A stretch of DNA of 64,000 bases from Callorhinchus milii (Eukaryota), in the NCBI RefSeq assembly GCF_018977255.1, contig NW_024704743.1, forward strand, positions 112,222,001-112,286,000, given 5' to 3'. The first letter of the stretch is position 1; every line of letters begins with the position of its first letter. A program made the translations under genes and the position numbers. Shown in pieces: positions 38,400 to 52,910 of this stretch. The notes under the pieces are model-generated. The model had not been told where the DNA came from. It saw nothing but the letters and a program-made list of their open reading frames with translations, and did not search any database.

Positions 38400-41300
38400 T
38401 TGTAATTCTGTATCTCTCTTGTTTACGCATTTTGAACTCTCTGGGTTACAAATAAAATGTGACGTCAAGATGAGTTGCCAAGCTCGAAGCAATAATCTTA
38501 AGATTGAATTAGATGTATTAAAGCATGACATAATGGATATAAGTGGTTTGACTGTATTAACTTATGGTGAATAAACAATTGAATATTTAAAATGTATACA
38601 CAGTAATATGAATAATATAATGTGCAAGACAAATCAGGTTAAATGACGACCTACTCCACCCATTTATCGTGATTGATGTTTACAAAAAAAATTAAATCAA
38701 ACATGAAAACCGCATATAATCAAATGTCAAAAAACAGCAGTCACATTACAAAAAGGAAGCTTGTAAACAGATATCATACTGATACACTGACTAATGTCTA
38801 AATATCATAGGGACATGAAGCAATGGATGTAAATAATTTTAAAGGGCAGTACTGTGTCTAATAAAGCAATTGCATTATTGATTGAAATTAAATTATTTTA
38901 CAGTCCTTAAATTCAGCTACAACATTTTTCATTTATCCACAGTTTATAACTTAAATCAGTCATGTTACGTTCACATATTGATTGATTATTGGTCTTTTCA
39001 CTTTCTTCTCCGGTCTGTTTTGAGATAATGATTTCATCCGTTTTATAATTTAGTTATTGTTTGTTCATTCACTTTTTTTTCCTACCTATTCTTAATAATG
39101 GCACAAATTAGACTCAGTGTTTTTGAAGACTCTCTTTGGTAGATGTTAAATGTCATCTTTTCAGAACAATTGCCAAATAACATGCTGAGTGCTCATTTGC
39201 TACTAGTTATGCCCAAATCAGGATAACAACACGTCTCTCTTAACGCAGTGACCACAGCATGAGGCTGTCAAATGAAATTAAATTTGCAATTTGATGTAAA
39301 GAAATACACTACTTCATGCTGTACATTGCATGTGCATGGTAAAAACTACAAATTAGACCCTTGCAGTATCATTCCTTATCTTGTTCTGCATACAAAGCGT
39401 AAACCTTTGAACTTCAACCACATATCGCATATTATTTTAAACCGATTAGGCCGATCGTTTGATTTGGAATATCAGATTCAAAAGCAGCAACAGCAAGCAA
39501 GGCATGTTAACCATAAATATTTATTGACTAAATATGAAAGTTTTATTAGATGAAATTCAGAGACAGGTATTTAAAACAGTGGACGGAGTGGCTCACTAAG
39601 TCCTGCTTCAGTTAAGACCTAATGGTAAATCTATAGTTAGCAGCATGGAGCCCACATCTCTCCAGCCCTTGATAATGTGACCTTAAAGGGTGGTGGCCCT
39701 GTCACTTCAACCTCTTCTGGGGACGCTATCAGCTTTCCAGTCTGGGTCCAGGTTCTGTCAAGCTGATTAGCTGAAGGTGTTAATGCAGGAGATATTGCCA
39801 CAACAAGACAACAGGCAATGTGATCAATGTCACATTGATGCCTAAGCACCAAAGTGGCATGAGGTTTGAGGGTGCATTCACGTATGGTGGAGGTGCACAA
39901 AATCTGTGAGGTTTTCATGAGAAATATAATCCTTTTTAACAGAAGAGGAAAGGCCAAACTGCAGTCTTTTTGTTGTTGTTGTTGTTAATGATGATAATTT
40001 ACCGTCTGAATACATTTTAGATCATGCAATCATTTTCCAAGTAATTGGTTCAAAAAATCTGAGTCAAAACGTAATTTTTGTTCTCGTTTTTTAAAAAAAA
40101 GTTTCCACAGATAACAAACCATCTGTTCAGTAAATCTAACATGAAAGGAATGCTTTTAAAATCCCAGACACCACTAATGTGACATATTGAAACATTAATC
40201 ACCCCCTAAGGCCAACATAATTGCAGCATGGCGTTAATTACCTAACAATTAACGGCAGTAATTTCCAAGGGGCAATCCATGAGTTAACCTGTGAATTTCC
40301 CACAGATCCAATGGCATATTGCCTATTTCAATGTGTTCGGAAACAGAACCAGTGATGAACAATGAGAATTCTGGTGTTAGAAATAAAAAATTCATTTGCA
40401 CCCCAGCTAATTAGCCTTCATTACACCCATCAGTGAATCCTGTATTAATGTATTTAAACCCCTGCCACATTCTCACTCAAGCTATGTTAATTCTTTTCCC
40501 AGTCATTTTGTTGTGCCTTTATTTCCAGGATGCGTGGCCTATCTTATTATTATTTGTTATATTCTGCTTATTGGAAGATGCAGTGTAAAAACAAACCCAG
40601 CTTAAACAAAAAAGCCTGGTGTGTCTTACTCATTTTTTCCCGCGATAACTAACGGAGCAGAATCTAATTTAAAGTTACATAATTTATAGATTGTTAGTCT
40701 GTAAGCATTAAACTAGAAAACAAACAAACAGCATTGGGAACAAATTTGATCATATGATGAACAGTAATTTCAAATTCTGAAAAATATTACCCTTAGCTTT
40801 ACAATAAACTCATCACATTATGTACCTAAATATAAGCACAGATAATTCAATAATAATATCCATTAATCTTAAATTCATATGAAATTTCCTATACAATCAT
40901 TATTCAAATCTTCTGACAGATAATATTGTTGCCAAAGGTTACTAAATCCTATTACAAAAAAAATCCTTGTGCTTTATAACACTTCACATAATAAAAAAAA
41001 GAAAAAATATTAATGCAAGTAAATTCAAATGCATTAGTTATAGGAAATTAAGCTAAAATATTTTGTACATCTTCAATGCCTGCCGTTTACAAATTGTGTA
41101 CTAACAATATATGAAAATCAATACATTTTGTCAAGAAGGTTTATGTCTTAGGTTAGTTCTGATTTTTTTAAAAAAAACAACAGAGCATGTGACTGGAGCT
41201 TTAAAAAAACAGTGTGACTGGTTTAAATGTCAATCCTAGTATCGCCAAAAAGTACCAATGGCAATCAGTGAAAAGGTTTTTAATAGGTTTCCTGTCTTGT

Positions 41301-44300
41301 TCTTAATTTGCTGAAATTACAAAATCAATACCTTCAGCTGTAGTTGCAGCTACTTGTTTTAGTGCTTTAAGATAAAGTCTACAAGAATGTAACCTTCAGT
41401 TTCAATTTGCTTTGTGGCGTACTGCTGTGCTTTTGGCTGGTCAGGTACAAGGATCCTGGTTCAGTTTTATTCCCTTATATTTTCCTGCTCATGAACAAGG
41501 CGCTTGTATCTCAGGCTTATTTGACGCTGCTATTTTTCACGACGAGAAAAGTTTGGCTGCTACCTGGGTTTATCAGTTGTTTTACAGAATTACTTAGACA
41601 CATTTTGAAATGAGGTGTTTTAGAACGGGAATCAACTTTTCACGTTCCAGACAATTATGCAATATCAGTGACAGTGTCATATGAATAAAAGTAACTCGGA
41701 ATTCCTAGTACCTGTAAATGGATTTTAACAAAAGGTAAAGACAGCAAAGATTGTCAGTTTTTGTCATGTTTTGATGCTAATTTGATATTACACAGGCAAA
41801 CACACGGTTTACAGTTTAAATCTAAATTAACACCCAGTACTTTATTGCTTTCTGAATGAAGCAGTGGTACTAAATGTATTTGTCTATTTATGTGGTAAAA
41901 TGTTGGATTGTCACAAGGAACAGCCAAATAATATTTTGAATACTGTATAAAGGTGGAAGAAAACATAGTTTTAAACTAATAATGAAAATGATCAATCCAT
42001 ATGTTTGAAAGCACTTTTTCCATTATGAAGTATACATGCAATAATAAGACACTTGCAATAATAGTTAAAAAATTGAGGTTATTTGAAGACAAATTCTATG
42101 TAGAGTGCTGTACTAGTCTTATGTTGTTTGAAAAAAATAGCAATAATTGTATAGTAAATTAGGAGCATTTCATTTTTCAAACCTTGCTTCAATGGTTTAA
42201 CAACAAATAATTTAGTTCAAAAAGCTTTCACATCAACTGTATACTTTGTATACAACTGTATACAACTGTATTCTGTTTTTAATATGTGAATGATATATGT
42301 GTCAGACATTATTGTAACACATTTTTCTAGCTTCAGGAATGTATTTTGCTGCATTTTATTCCTGTCTAGATCCCTTTCTTAATTATTGCAGCACACAGAA
42401 AGAGGAAAATTCAAATTTAAAATCATTTTCACAATTTAACAACAAGCTTCATTTGTGCAAAGCACGTTCATTACTGAAATTGAATGTTACAACACAACTG
42501 AAATTGATTGGACAGAGCAAAAACATTGAAATTATTTAACAGAACGTATTTTTTAATTAATAAAATGACTTTGCATATCAGTTTGATGGAAGAAAAGCAA
42601 AATAAGCCAATGTACAGAAAATCTTGCCTTGCAATCAAATACACATGAGAGACGCATTGTAAATCATTCTAATACTTTGTCTAAAGTATGGATGTGATGT
42701 ATTAATTTTGTACTTGTAACAAAACATAATCCAATCTTTTATTAACTTGCTCTCTTCGCAAATTATATATGGATATTAAGATGCTTTAGGATTAAAGGAA
42801 CCAGCAACGGCATCAAAGTAATTCATTTTCATTGCATTTCTAATTGTTACAATCGGTCATTTGTTTTTAAAACTACAATAGTTTATTATTCCATGGCCTA
42901 TAAGCAGTAAAGAAAACATCAATTATTTGCTGAAAATATACCCGTGTTATAAACAAGCAGGATTTTTTGTGGTTTATTTCACGTAAACAAAGTAATGGAC
43001 AATGCATTAAATAGCAGATCTGGGCTACTGCAGCATGCAATTCAAGTACGTATATCGTATGCTTTCATGATTCATCAGACTTCTGGGCACTGTCATAGAT
43101 CATCATGTCTGAAACCGTCCATTTCATCCCTGATACTGGCGATTGTTCCAGTGATCAGCTCTTCCAACCTAATAGTTTGTGGATGATTATTTGGAAACTC
43201 CACTAAACAAGATGTGGAGTCCTGTAGCTCAGTGCTTAGAGCACTCGCTTTGCAAGTGAGAGACCTGAGTTCAATTCCAGGGAAGGCGAAACCTTGGGCA
43301 AGTTTCCTTACTCCACACAGAGCCTAATAATAATCCCTCCAAAACCAAAAACAATAATAAATTGGTTATTTTCAATCTACGACTGTTTGTGGGACATTGC
43401 TGTGCGCAATTGGCTGCCGCGTTCGCCCACAAATATACAGTCAATTCACTTTACAGTGTGTTCTGTGAAGCGCTTTGGGATGTCCTCCTGACATGAAAAG
43501 CGCTATATCAAATTAAAGGATTATTATTATTATTATTAAGAAACTATTTAAATTACAATGATACCAGGGCTCATCCGAGATACCAATCTTTTTGAAATAC
43601 TTTATTTAATGTAACATGTTTCTGGAATAGATTGAGTGATTTCGGCCGGGATATTGAAAATGCTGCACTGCAAAAGCTGAAGGTCAGTTTCAGAACATCA
43701 GAAATCACATTTCATGGCTTTAAAAATATATATTAGTTCAGTATATTTGGTAGAAAATGAAGGATCCTATACACTGAATGAAACAGCTGGTGATCACAAC
43801 TCTTAATTTGTGATTCACTTCTCGCTATCCATATAAAAAAATCAATACCTGACCTACTTAAGATAATTTTCCTGTGATACTCCTTTACTTAACAGTAACA
43901 GATTTAACAAACATTAAATCGGTCAAATGTCCCATGCAATTCAAAGGATAACTGAAGCAAAAGCTGACAACAGACATTTTCTTACTACAGTTAATATTAT
44001 CTTAATATTATCATTTACTGTATTGAGGATCAGATACCTTTAAAACTATACCTTGCTTTGCTTGCTATTTGGCATGCAGGATACCCTGAAGATACTGGTG
44101 TAAAAAAAAATGTTACATTCCTAATTTATTGCCAACATTCTGTTATAAATAGCATATTTATATAATTCATACAAAATGAACACATGTGCATGAGTAAATA
44201 GAGGCCAATTCAAATGAGATGAAAACAAACTTTGATAAATAAGCTGCTACCAAGTCTAAATTTATTTCCTGCTTCCAATTGCCAGGACTATTCTATGCTA

Positions 44301-47300
44301 TTTTGCCTATAAAGGAAACTGTTATGTCCACTCTGACCTATATCCTTATTGACTGCAGAGTTCTTTCCTCATGTTGAAATCAATGCAGTTGATCTAGCTT
44401 CCACTGCCATCTACTGTTTGGAAGTAATAGTAGCTCAGCAGCAATTTGCAAGCTCAAAAATAATGGGGTCTAATATGCGATGTTTCCTTAATAAGAAAAC
44501 AGAAAGCATGTCATTCCGATTTATGGCATCTCCACCCCAACGCCATCCACTTTTGAAGTAGACTCCTCGTGAGTTGGTGTGATGTGCACCTGGTTACTGG
44601 ATTGAGTAACTAATCTCTTTCCTTATTAAGGAAAGCCACTAGACAATGTTATGTTTTACACCCCAGTGGTTTCATCGCGTTTTCGCTGTCCTTCCAGCAT
44701 ATCTTGAACAATACAACTCTGAACTTAATGACATACAATGATATACATATTTATCCAGAAATAATACGACTTCCACAATGCAAATGATGGAATCTTTGCA
44801 GGTTCCCAGAAATCTGCTGAGCTCTATTCAAAGTAATTTCCACCTTACTGTAAAGTACAGTTAAACAACTTCTAAATATATCTTGAAATAATTTGAGATA
44901 TCATAATTATGTATTTTAACATCATTGCTAATTACAGCTGCAAGTTTTTTAAAATTGTACGTCTGGAGCTAAGATATTTATTGTCCTGTATTGAAAGGTA
45001 AATTGTATTCCACATGAGTGAAAGAAATAGCAGTGCAGAAAAACAAATGTTTGTATATCTTAAACATCATCTTGTTGTGGTCTGGTTGAAACAGACTCCA
45101 ACCCCACACAAAATAAAATGAAATCACACTATCATTTCTTTGCTGTAGGGCTAGTTTTTTCTGGTGAGAAAAATGGTCTTAAACCTGAAATCATTTACTC
45201 ACATCGATTTTATATTTCTAATAACTAAGAAATATAATAAAAGGAATTTATAGATGCAAGCTGCAAAATACAGTTCAGATTGCCATGTCAAATGCCAATG
45301 CTTTTTTTTGTTCATAATTTCTAAAAACTATTTTGCTGGGATTACTATAAAAAAATTGCGTTTGAAATTGATCAATTGTTGCCAGAAATGTGAAGCGATA
45401 AAAACCAGAAAATATTGTTGGGATGATTATGCAAACATGGCTTCTGCTCACAGGTGTTGAATTAGCTGCTTTTTTCTAAAATTCACAACACAAGACTAGA
45501 AATTGGACATTTTCAAAAAAAGTCTCAGTGTCGTTTCCAGCAGAGTAAATAATAATAATAATCCTTGCATTTGATATAGCACTTTATCACGTCTTCGAGA
45601 CATCTCCAAGCACTTCACATTATATACTGCAAAGTGAATTTACTGTTTATTTTGTGGGCAAAATAGTGAGGTAAAAGGATAAAATGTTCACTTTTATATC
45701 AGTGAATTTGTTTTTAATACATAGAATGTTCCGCATTTCTTTTATCAGTTTTTTTTGCAAAGGGCACGCAACAAGCTCATGTGTTAAGGTGACTGCTGCA
45801 CATTTCACATTCCAGAAGCAAACCTCAGACCCGCGCATTTTACCAACCAGAATGTGATTTCCCCACCCATCAGCAATGATGAAGATTTACACCCTGACAG
45901 ACAATGGCCATGCGATGTTATTAAATATTAAGAGGTTTGTCTTTGTTGAGGTAAAAGAAATTTGCTGAACTGCGCCAAGAAAGATAAATTTGTAAAGACC
46001 AGTCGAAGAAGATGAACACAAACAAGTGCATGCAAAATTTATAGATTCTTTAACTGTTGTTGCAGACCTGAATAAGCCGTATTTGTACAGTGATGTTGGC
46101 AGAGTTTTTATGCTTCATTTCAACCAGGCAGGAAAATAGCAAAAGAAGACATGTTAAAATGCTGATGTACAATTTAAAGCAAAATACTGTGCTTCATTTC
46201 ACCCCCCCAAATTATACTGTGGCCATGAAACGTTTCTTTTACTATTAACTTGTGTTAATGCGCTGCTTTTCGTGACCTACTCTGAATATTTTTTTTTGAA
46301 AGTACTAGGAATAAATCCTGCATGTCATACTCAACGTGAAGTTGCAATGCTCCACATATTAATACACGCGGTTTTAAATTCAAAAATTTTAATAAAGCGA
46401 TTTGCCAAAATAAAATCTAATTCCTGATGCAATCTATTCCACGGATTAAATTTTTATATCTCTCCGAGATCAAGAATTCCAATCCATGGACTATTTGCAA
46501 AACTGTACGGAAATTGTTTCTATGAAACTCGGATTGTGTAGATCAGAGAACTAAGAAGGAGCAAAGCAGAGCCAATGTCGAAACGACTTGTAAAATGTAT
46601 TGCACTTCACAAAAACACAGAGACATCTAAATATCATTCAAATAGATTACTTTTAAAAACAGATTTTTCTTTTTGGCAGAAGAGGTTAAAAGAAGTCATT
46701 CGAAAGTTCAGAACTTGGGTTTCTGCGCAGTTGTCCAGCACAACATATTAGGAAAGCAGAATATCATGTGCCACAGAGATGCTATCTCATCTGTGGCGAC
46801 AGGGCAGAGAGTTGAGAACCCTCTCCCCGTTGGGAGGAAGAGAGAGAGAAAGAGGAGTGGAGCGGGAGAAGCGAGTGGATAATTAACCCATGCCGTGCTC
46901 ACGCTACTGTCCTCCTAACATTATACGGAGCAACATGGCTGCAGGACATTAGTCGTTCAATGGCTCAATCAGGGAACAATACACTAGAATGAGAGGAAAG
47001 GACATTTCTGCAGGTGTTGTATCAAAAAGGACATTTTAACAAATTAGACTATTATCAGTTGTAAAGCACCATTTGTCAAAAAATTACCAAGAATGCACTT
47101 TTCTTGGTGTTTAGAGTAACTATTATTATTATCATCATTTTCATATGCAACCGCAGTTTATTCGCAATGTTTCTTCAATTGCGTGTTCCCTCACAATGCG
47201 GTCTTGGTCGAGAGAACATGCACGGTGCACTAGTTTAGTGAGCTCTGACATTTCACCTCTGTAACTTGGTGGAAGGGAGGGGGTGAAGTGGGGGAAGGAG

Positions 47301-50300
47301 GAGCGAGGGTGTCAAATTTCCTGAACCCTCCCGAGTCTCTAACCTTCCTCAAAGGAACCATTTCACCAGCATGGAAAGCCCCAGTCGAAACTGAGAAGCA
47401 GCAGTATGGAGAGTTACATTTCCAAGAACCTGTGGCCCTCTGACACAGCACATGATTGTTCGCAGACCACATCGTCAAGGACATCATAACACATTAGATT
47501 CTTTTTTAACATCCTCATGATTAACCAAAAGGAAAGGTTGGCTACGGGGCAGAATTTACATCATAATTTTTGAAACCTTCCTTTTCTGGTTAAACACTGC
47601 ACTGCATTTTATCGTGTTTTGATAGATTAGGTTTTTTTAAAAGGAAACAATGCATTTATATTTTATTTTCTGAAATATTCAAACAAAAAAGGACAATCAT
47701 TGCAACGCTGGTGTACGAAGTCTCTAGGACTGACTGTGCTCACTAGCTCAGCATGTGGAAAAAAACACATACTGTATTTCTCACCAGTCAAATAAATATT
47801 CTTCTGAAGTAATAATGAAGGATAATGTGAAAATATCAATCGCTTCAAATTGTCTGTTGGATGGATAGGCAGCAGGGAAAATTATCATGAAGGGAAAATC
47901 GATAAAGATTTGTTTAAATTACATATCAATAAGTATCAGTTCATTCCCAAATGTCATTATCACAGGCACCGAGGATCCAAAATGACATCTCATCACCACG
48001 CCACCCGCCTTCAGCTTCTTTCCATGGCTTTAACAGCACAGATTTTTCAGCTGTTTGTGCGGACATGACAAATGCAAGAAAATGTACAGCAGTAGTACAG
48101 CAAATGTATGGGCAGAAAGGGGACCATTAACAGGGGTTTAAGTGCGCCGTTATTTTATATATATATATATTTGTTTTTTTCTGTAAGAAAGCAATGCATC
48201 CACCGCAAACCAGTATAAATTTAAGGTGCAAATGGAGAAGCAATAAGATTCTGCAGGAAGGACTGACATGAGTGCAAGATTAAGGGTTTAGAAGATCATT
48301 GCTCTAAATGAGCATCAGAAAAGCAATGGAGCTGTAGTCTAAATATTAAATTTCCTTGATGATCATTTTCAATTTATATTTCCCCCATGTCATTCATTCT
48401 AATGTAAATCTTTCTTTCTTTTCAGATGCAGTGATGAAGTAATCCTGCTTTTTGCATGATTAAATATGATGGATAAGCTTTGGTGGATAAAAATCAAGGC
48501 TACTAATAGTAAATCTGGGCAAACTCAAATGTCAAAATGGTCCCAGCTTGTTCACTCCTCATGGCATAGAGAACGTGTGCCTTCAGATTACCTCAAAACA
48601 AACACCACTTTTTTTAAGGACTTACCTCTTTTGAGGGTAAATTTCATTGTTCGCGGTCTTTCCTTTTTCTTCTTTTAACCAACCATTTTCTCACTGTTGG
48701 CAAAAAAAAAGATATTTTAACCAAATTCAGCTTAAAATGCTCCTGAATTCTATAAACATCAAACGTCAGGCACAGTATTGAAATTTGCAAATTACGTAAC
48801 AAGACAGCTGATGTCAGAAATGAGAAGCAATGTGTTTTGCTATAGATTTCGCGAAATAGAGCAACCACAGAAATGGTACTAAAAGGAAGATGAAAAATTA
48901 TAATGTACAAATGAAATGTTGACTGCACTCTAAATAATTCATATTTTTGTATATGTGTTCATTGCAGCAATAAATATGGTTAAAAACCAAGGATATTTAC
49001 CAGTTGTTTTCCCTTCTTTTCAACAGCCCTATTCAATGTGTACATCCAGTTGGAATCAGATAGTAACCTAGAAAGGGGATATTACAGTCTAGCTTTGCAC
49101 ACATGCCCTGCCATCGCCTCTAGACATATAACCCAAACTGATGCTCAGAAGCCACTCTGTAACCTCCTGCTAACCAGCCTCTTGTGATTAATTCAGCATG
49201 TCCTTGAAACTATCTGCTTGCAATCTTCACCATTTTTAATGTAGGTGCGGCTGAAAAACATCTATATATTCACCTATTGTGCAAAGCTTCACAAAATTCA
49301 TTTTTTTACAAGAAATTGGAATTAAAATTTGGTACGTGACTGGCAGTATGAAAACAACAAAAAAAAACAGTGTTACAGCCATTTAGTTTATGGTATTTGC
49401 TGAGCAGAAATGATAGATGCCATGATATTTACTGAATTATGTTTCTTAAAACTACTGGATCATTGCGACAATGCATTTTCTATTTTTTGATAGAATCACC
49501 CTATTTGTGTGTGTGTTCGTTTTGGAGGGGGTGGGGGAGCTAATTGCATGCCGGACAGCAAAATTTGGGCTGGAAAAATGCTAATGCATTGTCTGACACC
49601 ACGACAGCAATCACAGCCATCACAGGACAGAATGAAGAGAGCAATCTTACAGCCAGGGATATGAATTTCTGATCAGTGGTTGACAGACTGCTGTGAAGGC
49701 TTACAGTAATCCCATTGGACAGCTTGGGTTGATGAAGCTTGGGAACAGACAGCCACAATGTAGGTAGTTCACAACTGCAGGCATCTGTCCATAATTTACA
49801 ACAATTGGAGTTTTCAGCTCCGCACAAGCTGTAATTTGGTTTGTGGAACATTCCTGCTGTTTATTTAAACCTGCAAGCTTCATTTTACCTTCGGCTTCTT
49901 TTAGTTTTACTTTCCAATACTGTCACCCATTTTGACACTAAATAATAAAACCACTAACGTTCCCATAATGTTCTTTCTTGTTGAAAACAATGAGGCACGG
50001 ACCCAATTTCACTTCAGTTTAACAAACAAAACCAATATGCCACAGCAAGTAAACAAGCAAGCAAACAACCCTACGACAATGTATCAAACCATATTCATAC
50101 CCAGCGCCAGAGACAATACAAAAACACTCCATCAGAATCACACAGGTCCACCCAGGTGTGCCTGAGACACGGTAACTCACTGCTGAGCCAAATGCAAATG
50201 CCACTGGAGCCACTAACAATTTCAATAAGAGCTGTCGGTGCGGTAACCATTATAAAACAGCAGCTTCCGAGCACGTTAAACGTAAAAATAAACAGATTCA

Positions 50301-51200
50301 GCCTAGGAAATATTAGATTGATCATGTACTAATGCTGACTAATTGCACAGGAATGAAGATCACTATCAGGTCAAACACTCTAACCTTTAAAGAGGATGTT
50401 TCAAAATAAAATAAAACTCCGAGCCTGTCAATTCCTTTGATTTCTATCGGTTTTGTTCCTTACAAGGCCTAAATTCAACCTTTCAACAGGAATTGAACGA
50501 AAAAGGCATAGCTGTCTGGCTCATAGACAATCTATTACTCCATTCTGTATGAAAATAAGTCTTCTCAGGAATTTATTTTCGGCAAATTCAATTCTACATT
50601 AAGGTATACCAACAATCTCATTATTCTGCACCAACAAAGAGTTCCACCTGCAAAATAAGATTGACTATTGTGCTGTGTGATAAATGTGCCATTTTCAACA
50701 ATACAACCAAACTAGTTTTTATCCTTCTATGCAAAGCTGCAACAGAAAGATGAGACACAACTAGCCTAATGGTTATGATGCAGATGATATAATGGTACAG
50801 AGTCAAGTGGAAGGAAAATTAGAAAGCTTTGATTGTGCAGACACGGTACATACATTAAGATGGGCGTTTCTTTGAAGGAGACGTATATTAAGTTAGACAT
50901 TTCCTAAAATGGTATTAAATCACACAACATGGGCCCGTGCTTTTGGGTTGCAACGAATGACATGCATTTAAATGAAGTCAGATTTTTGCCACAGGTTACA
51001 CAAAAGCTGCACAATTTTCAGTGCAGAAGCACATCTCTGTTTTATACAGCAGAAGATGATACACACACCTACTACATGGAGAATTAAATCAAACTCACAT
51101 GAAAGACTCATATATCTTTCTCATAACTCCAATTATTTCATTTCACAGCCTTTCTAAAAATAAGTCACAATTATAGTCACAGTAAAAATCTCAGACAGGA
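38400..51200. promoter_or_regulatory. Repeat-depleted block, candidate conserved-noncoding/enhancer territory
   Basis: Only one young SINE (43213) and one tail (~45550) recognised in ~13 kb, against roughly one repeat per kb elsewhere. Function is inferred. Confidence 0.45.
43213..43537 (+). mobile_element. Full-length young tRNA-Ala SINE
   Basis: Near-identical to 56064-56380 from head to (tta)n tail; flanked by aaga on both sides. Confidence 0.93.
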
Positions 51201-51399
51201 TACCATCTTCATAATAGTTATAATAATAATAATTAGAATTGAAGGGCAAGCGTAATAGCTATTTATGGAAAGGGCACAGATATAACCCCACAAACTGGTA
51301 AACCCGACATCTGTCATGGCTGAAATATTGGCAGGGATATTGAAGGAGGGAAAAATGAAGCGCCAAATGAGATATGGAATGATAAGTAGGTGTGAGCCT

Positions 51400-51727
51400 A
51401 GTTTTATGGGAAGGTAGATGAATGTATTGGGGCCTTATGAGAAAATGACAGACCATGTGAATAAAACAAATATAGCAGATCTTACGAATTTGGATTCTAG
51501 TGAGGTCTTTGATAGAACAACTTGCCCTTATACAACTTATTCATATAAAGGAACATTTCTAAACACTTGACAAAACAGTGATGTACAAAGGGCATGGAAA
51601 TGTGAGATACTGACCAAAGGCATAGTGGATAAAATGCATTTTTATGGAATGTGAGTTTGCTCCACAAGATTATAATCTGCATTTTGAAAGGCGTAGATTA
51701 GTGGGGGGGAAGTGGAGTGGTGGGGTG

Positions 51728-51758
<31 letters not shown>

Positions 51759-52100
51759 CTTGCATTTGATATAGCGCCTTTCATGTCAGGAGGATGCCTC
51801 AAAGTGCTTCTTAGGATTTACTGTAAAGTGAAGTGATTGTATTTTGTAGTCAGTATAATACAGTAGCCAATGTGGGCACAAACACTCACGTAGGGAATGG
51901 GGATAAAGAGGGGACATATTAAATGTGGATTAATAATTGGCTAGATCAGATGGTTGTGGTTCAATACGAATAAATTCAAGCTACTGCATAGAAGAAAAAT
52001 TGACGGCACATGCACTCATTGGGCTGCATAGAAATTGCCCATGCATGGAAATTGAAAGACCTAGGGGTGTTAATTGACCCCTCCATGCCCTTTGATGGGA
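51400..52100 (+). mobile_element. Highly degenerate CR1 RT fragments
   Basis: ttggattctagtgaggtctttgata (LDF.KAFD-like), ggattaataattggcta (WI.NWL), gaaagacctaggggtgttaattgac (KDLGVLID). Confidence 0.5.
51728..51885 (-). mobile_element. SINE 3' tail fragment
   Basis: (ata)n atccttgcatttgatatagcgcctttcatgtcaggaggatgcc. Similar short tails lie near 3800, 5890, 14130, 14500, 15440, 17370, 21090, 26640, 27510, 29150, 32670, 35650, 45550, 55490 and 58360. Confidence 0.8.
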
Positions 52101-52749
52101 CAGTGTTAATCTTGTTTCTTTCAATTCCTTTAAGGCATAGTTTCTTCACATCTCTCACAAACCTAACCAACATAGGTATTAACTTTGATGACTCCGTTCA
52201 TAATCCTTTATCCGTTCACATGCTGGCTCTTAATATCTCCTCTGACCTTAAACGGCATTCCTACTTTGCCTCTGTTACTTAAGCAGCCTCCAAAAAGCTC
52301 AGGTCTCCTTTCATGCCAAAGATTTGTTTTGTCCTCAAATCTTAATTCTCGATAAACCCAATACTTGAAGACTGCTCCATATCTGGGGAAGCTCCTGTGT
52401 AACTCTCTTGTACTTCTGCACAGCATACAAGGCACATCACCTAGCCGTTGATTCTTCCCTCAGTTCTAGGCTCTGTCTACAGTGTGGTCTTTCCCATCCT
52501 TTCTGTTCAATGGCCACTACTGTTCTAAACGTTCCTCCCTTTCTTTCTGAGCTTCAGATCTATCATTTCACATGCTCTTCTTACCAACATTCTCATCATA
52601 ATGGAATCTCTCACGTCATGGGCTGATGTCTATAAAGAGCAAATGTATTTGTTACAAAATGATTTCTAAGGATGTGGTGAAAAGGTTGCAATTATTAAGA
52701 ATTTGAATATGTCAGACCTCAATAAGCAATTTATCATTCCCTATTACGA

Positions 52750-52910
52750 TACAATTTACATTTATATAGCACCTTCCATGTTGGAAGCCCATCTCAAAGC
52801 TTTTCACGGTGCTGTGTATGGGAAAGGTGACCAAAAGCGCAGTCAATGATCAATATTTTGAGACATGCCTTGAAAGAGGGGAAGGAGGGAGCGAGTCAGA
52901 GGAACTCCGT
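52750..52910 (-). mobile_element. L2 3' tail, degenerate
   Basis: acaatttacatttatatagcacc...ggaaaggtgaccaaaagc...cttgaaagaggggaaggaggg, similar to 57170-57350. Confidence 0.65.
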
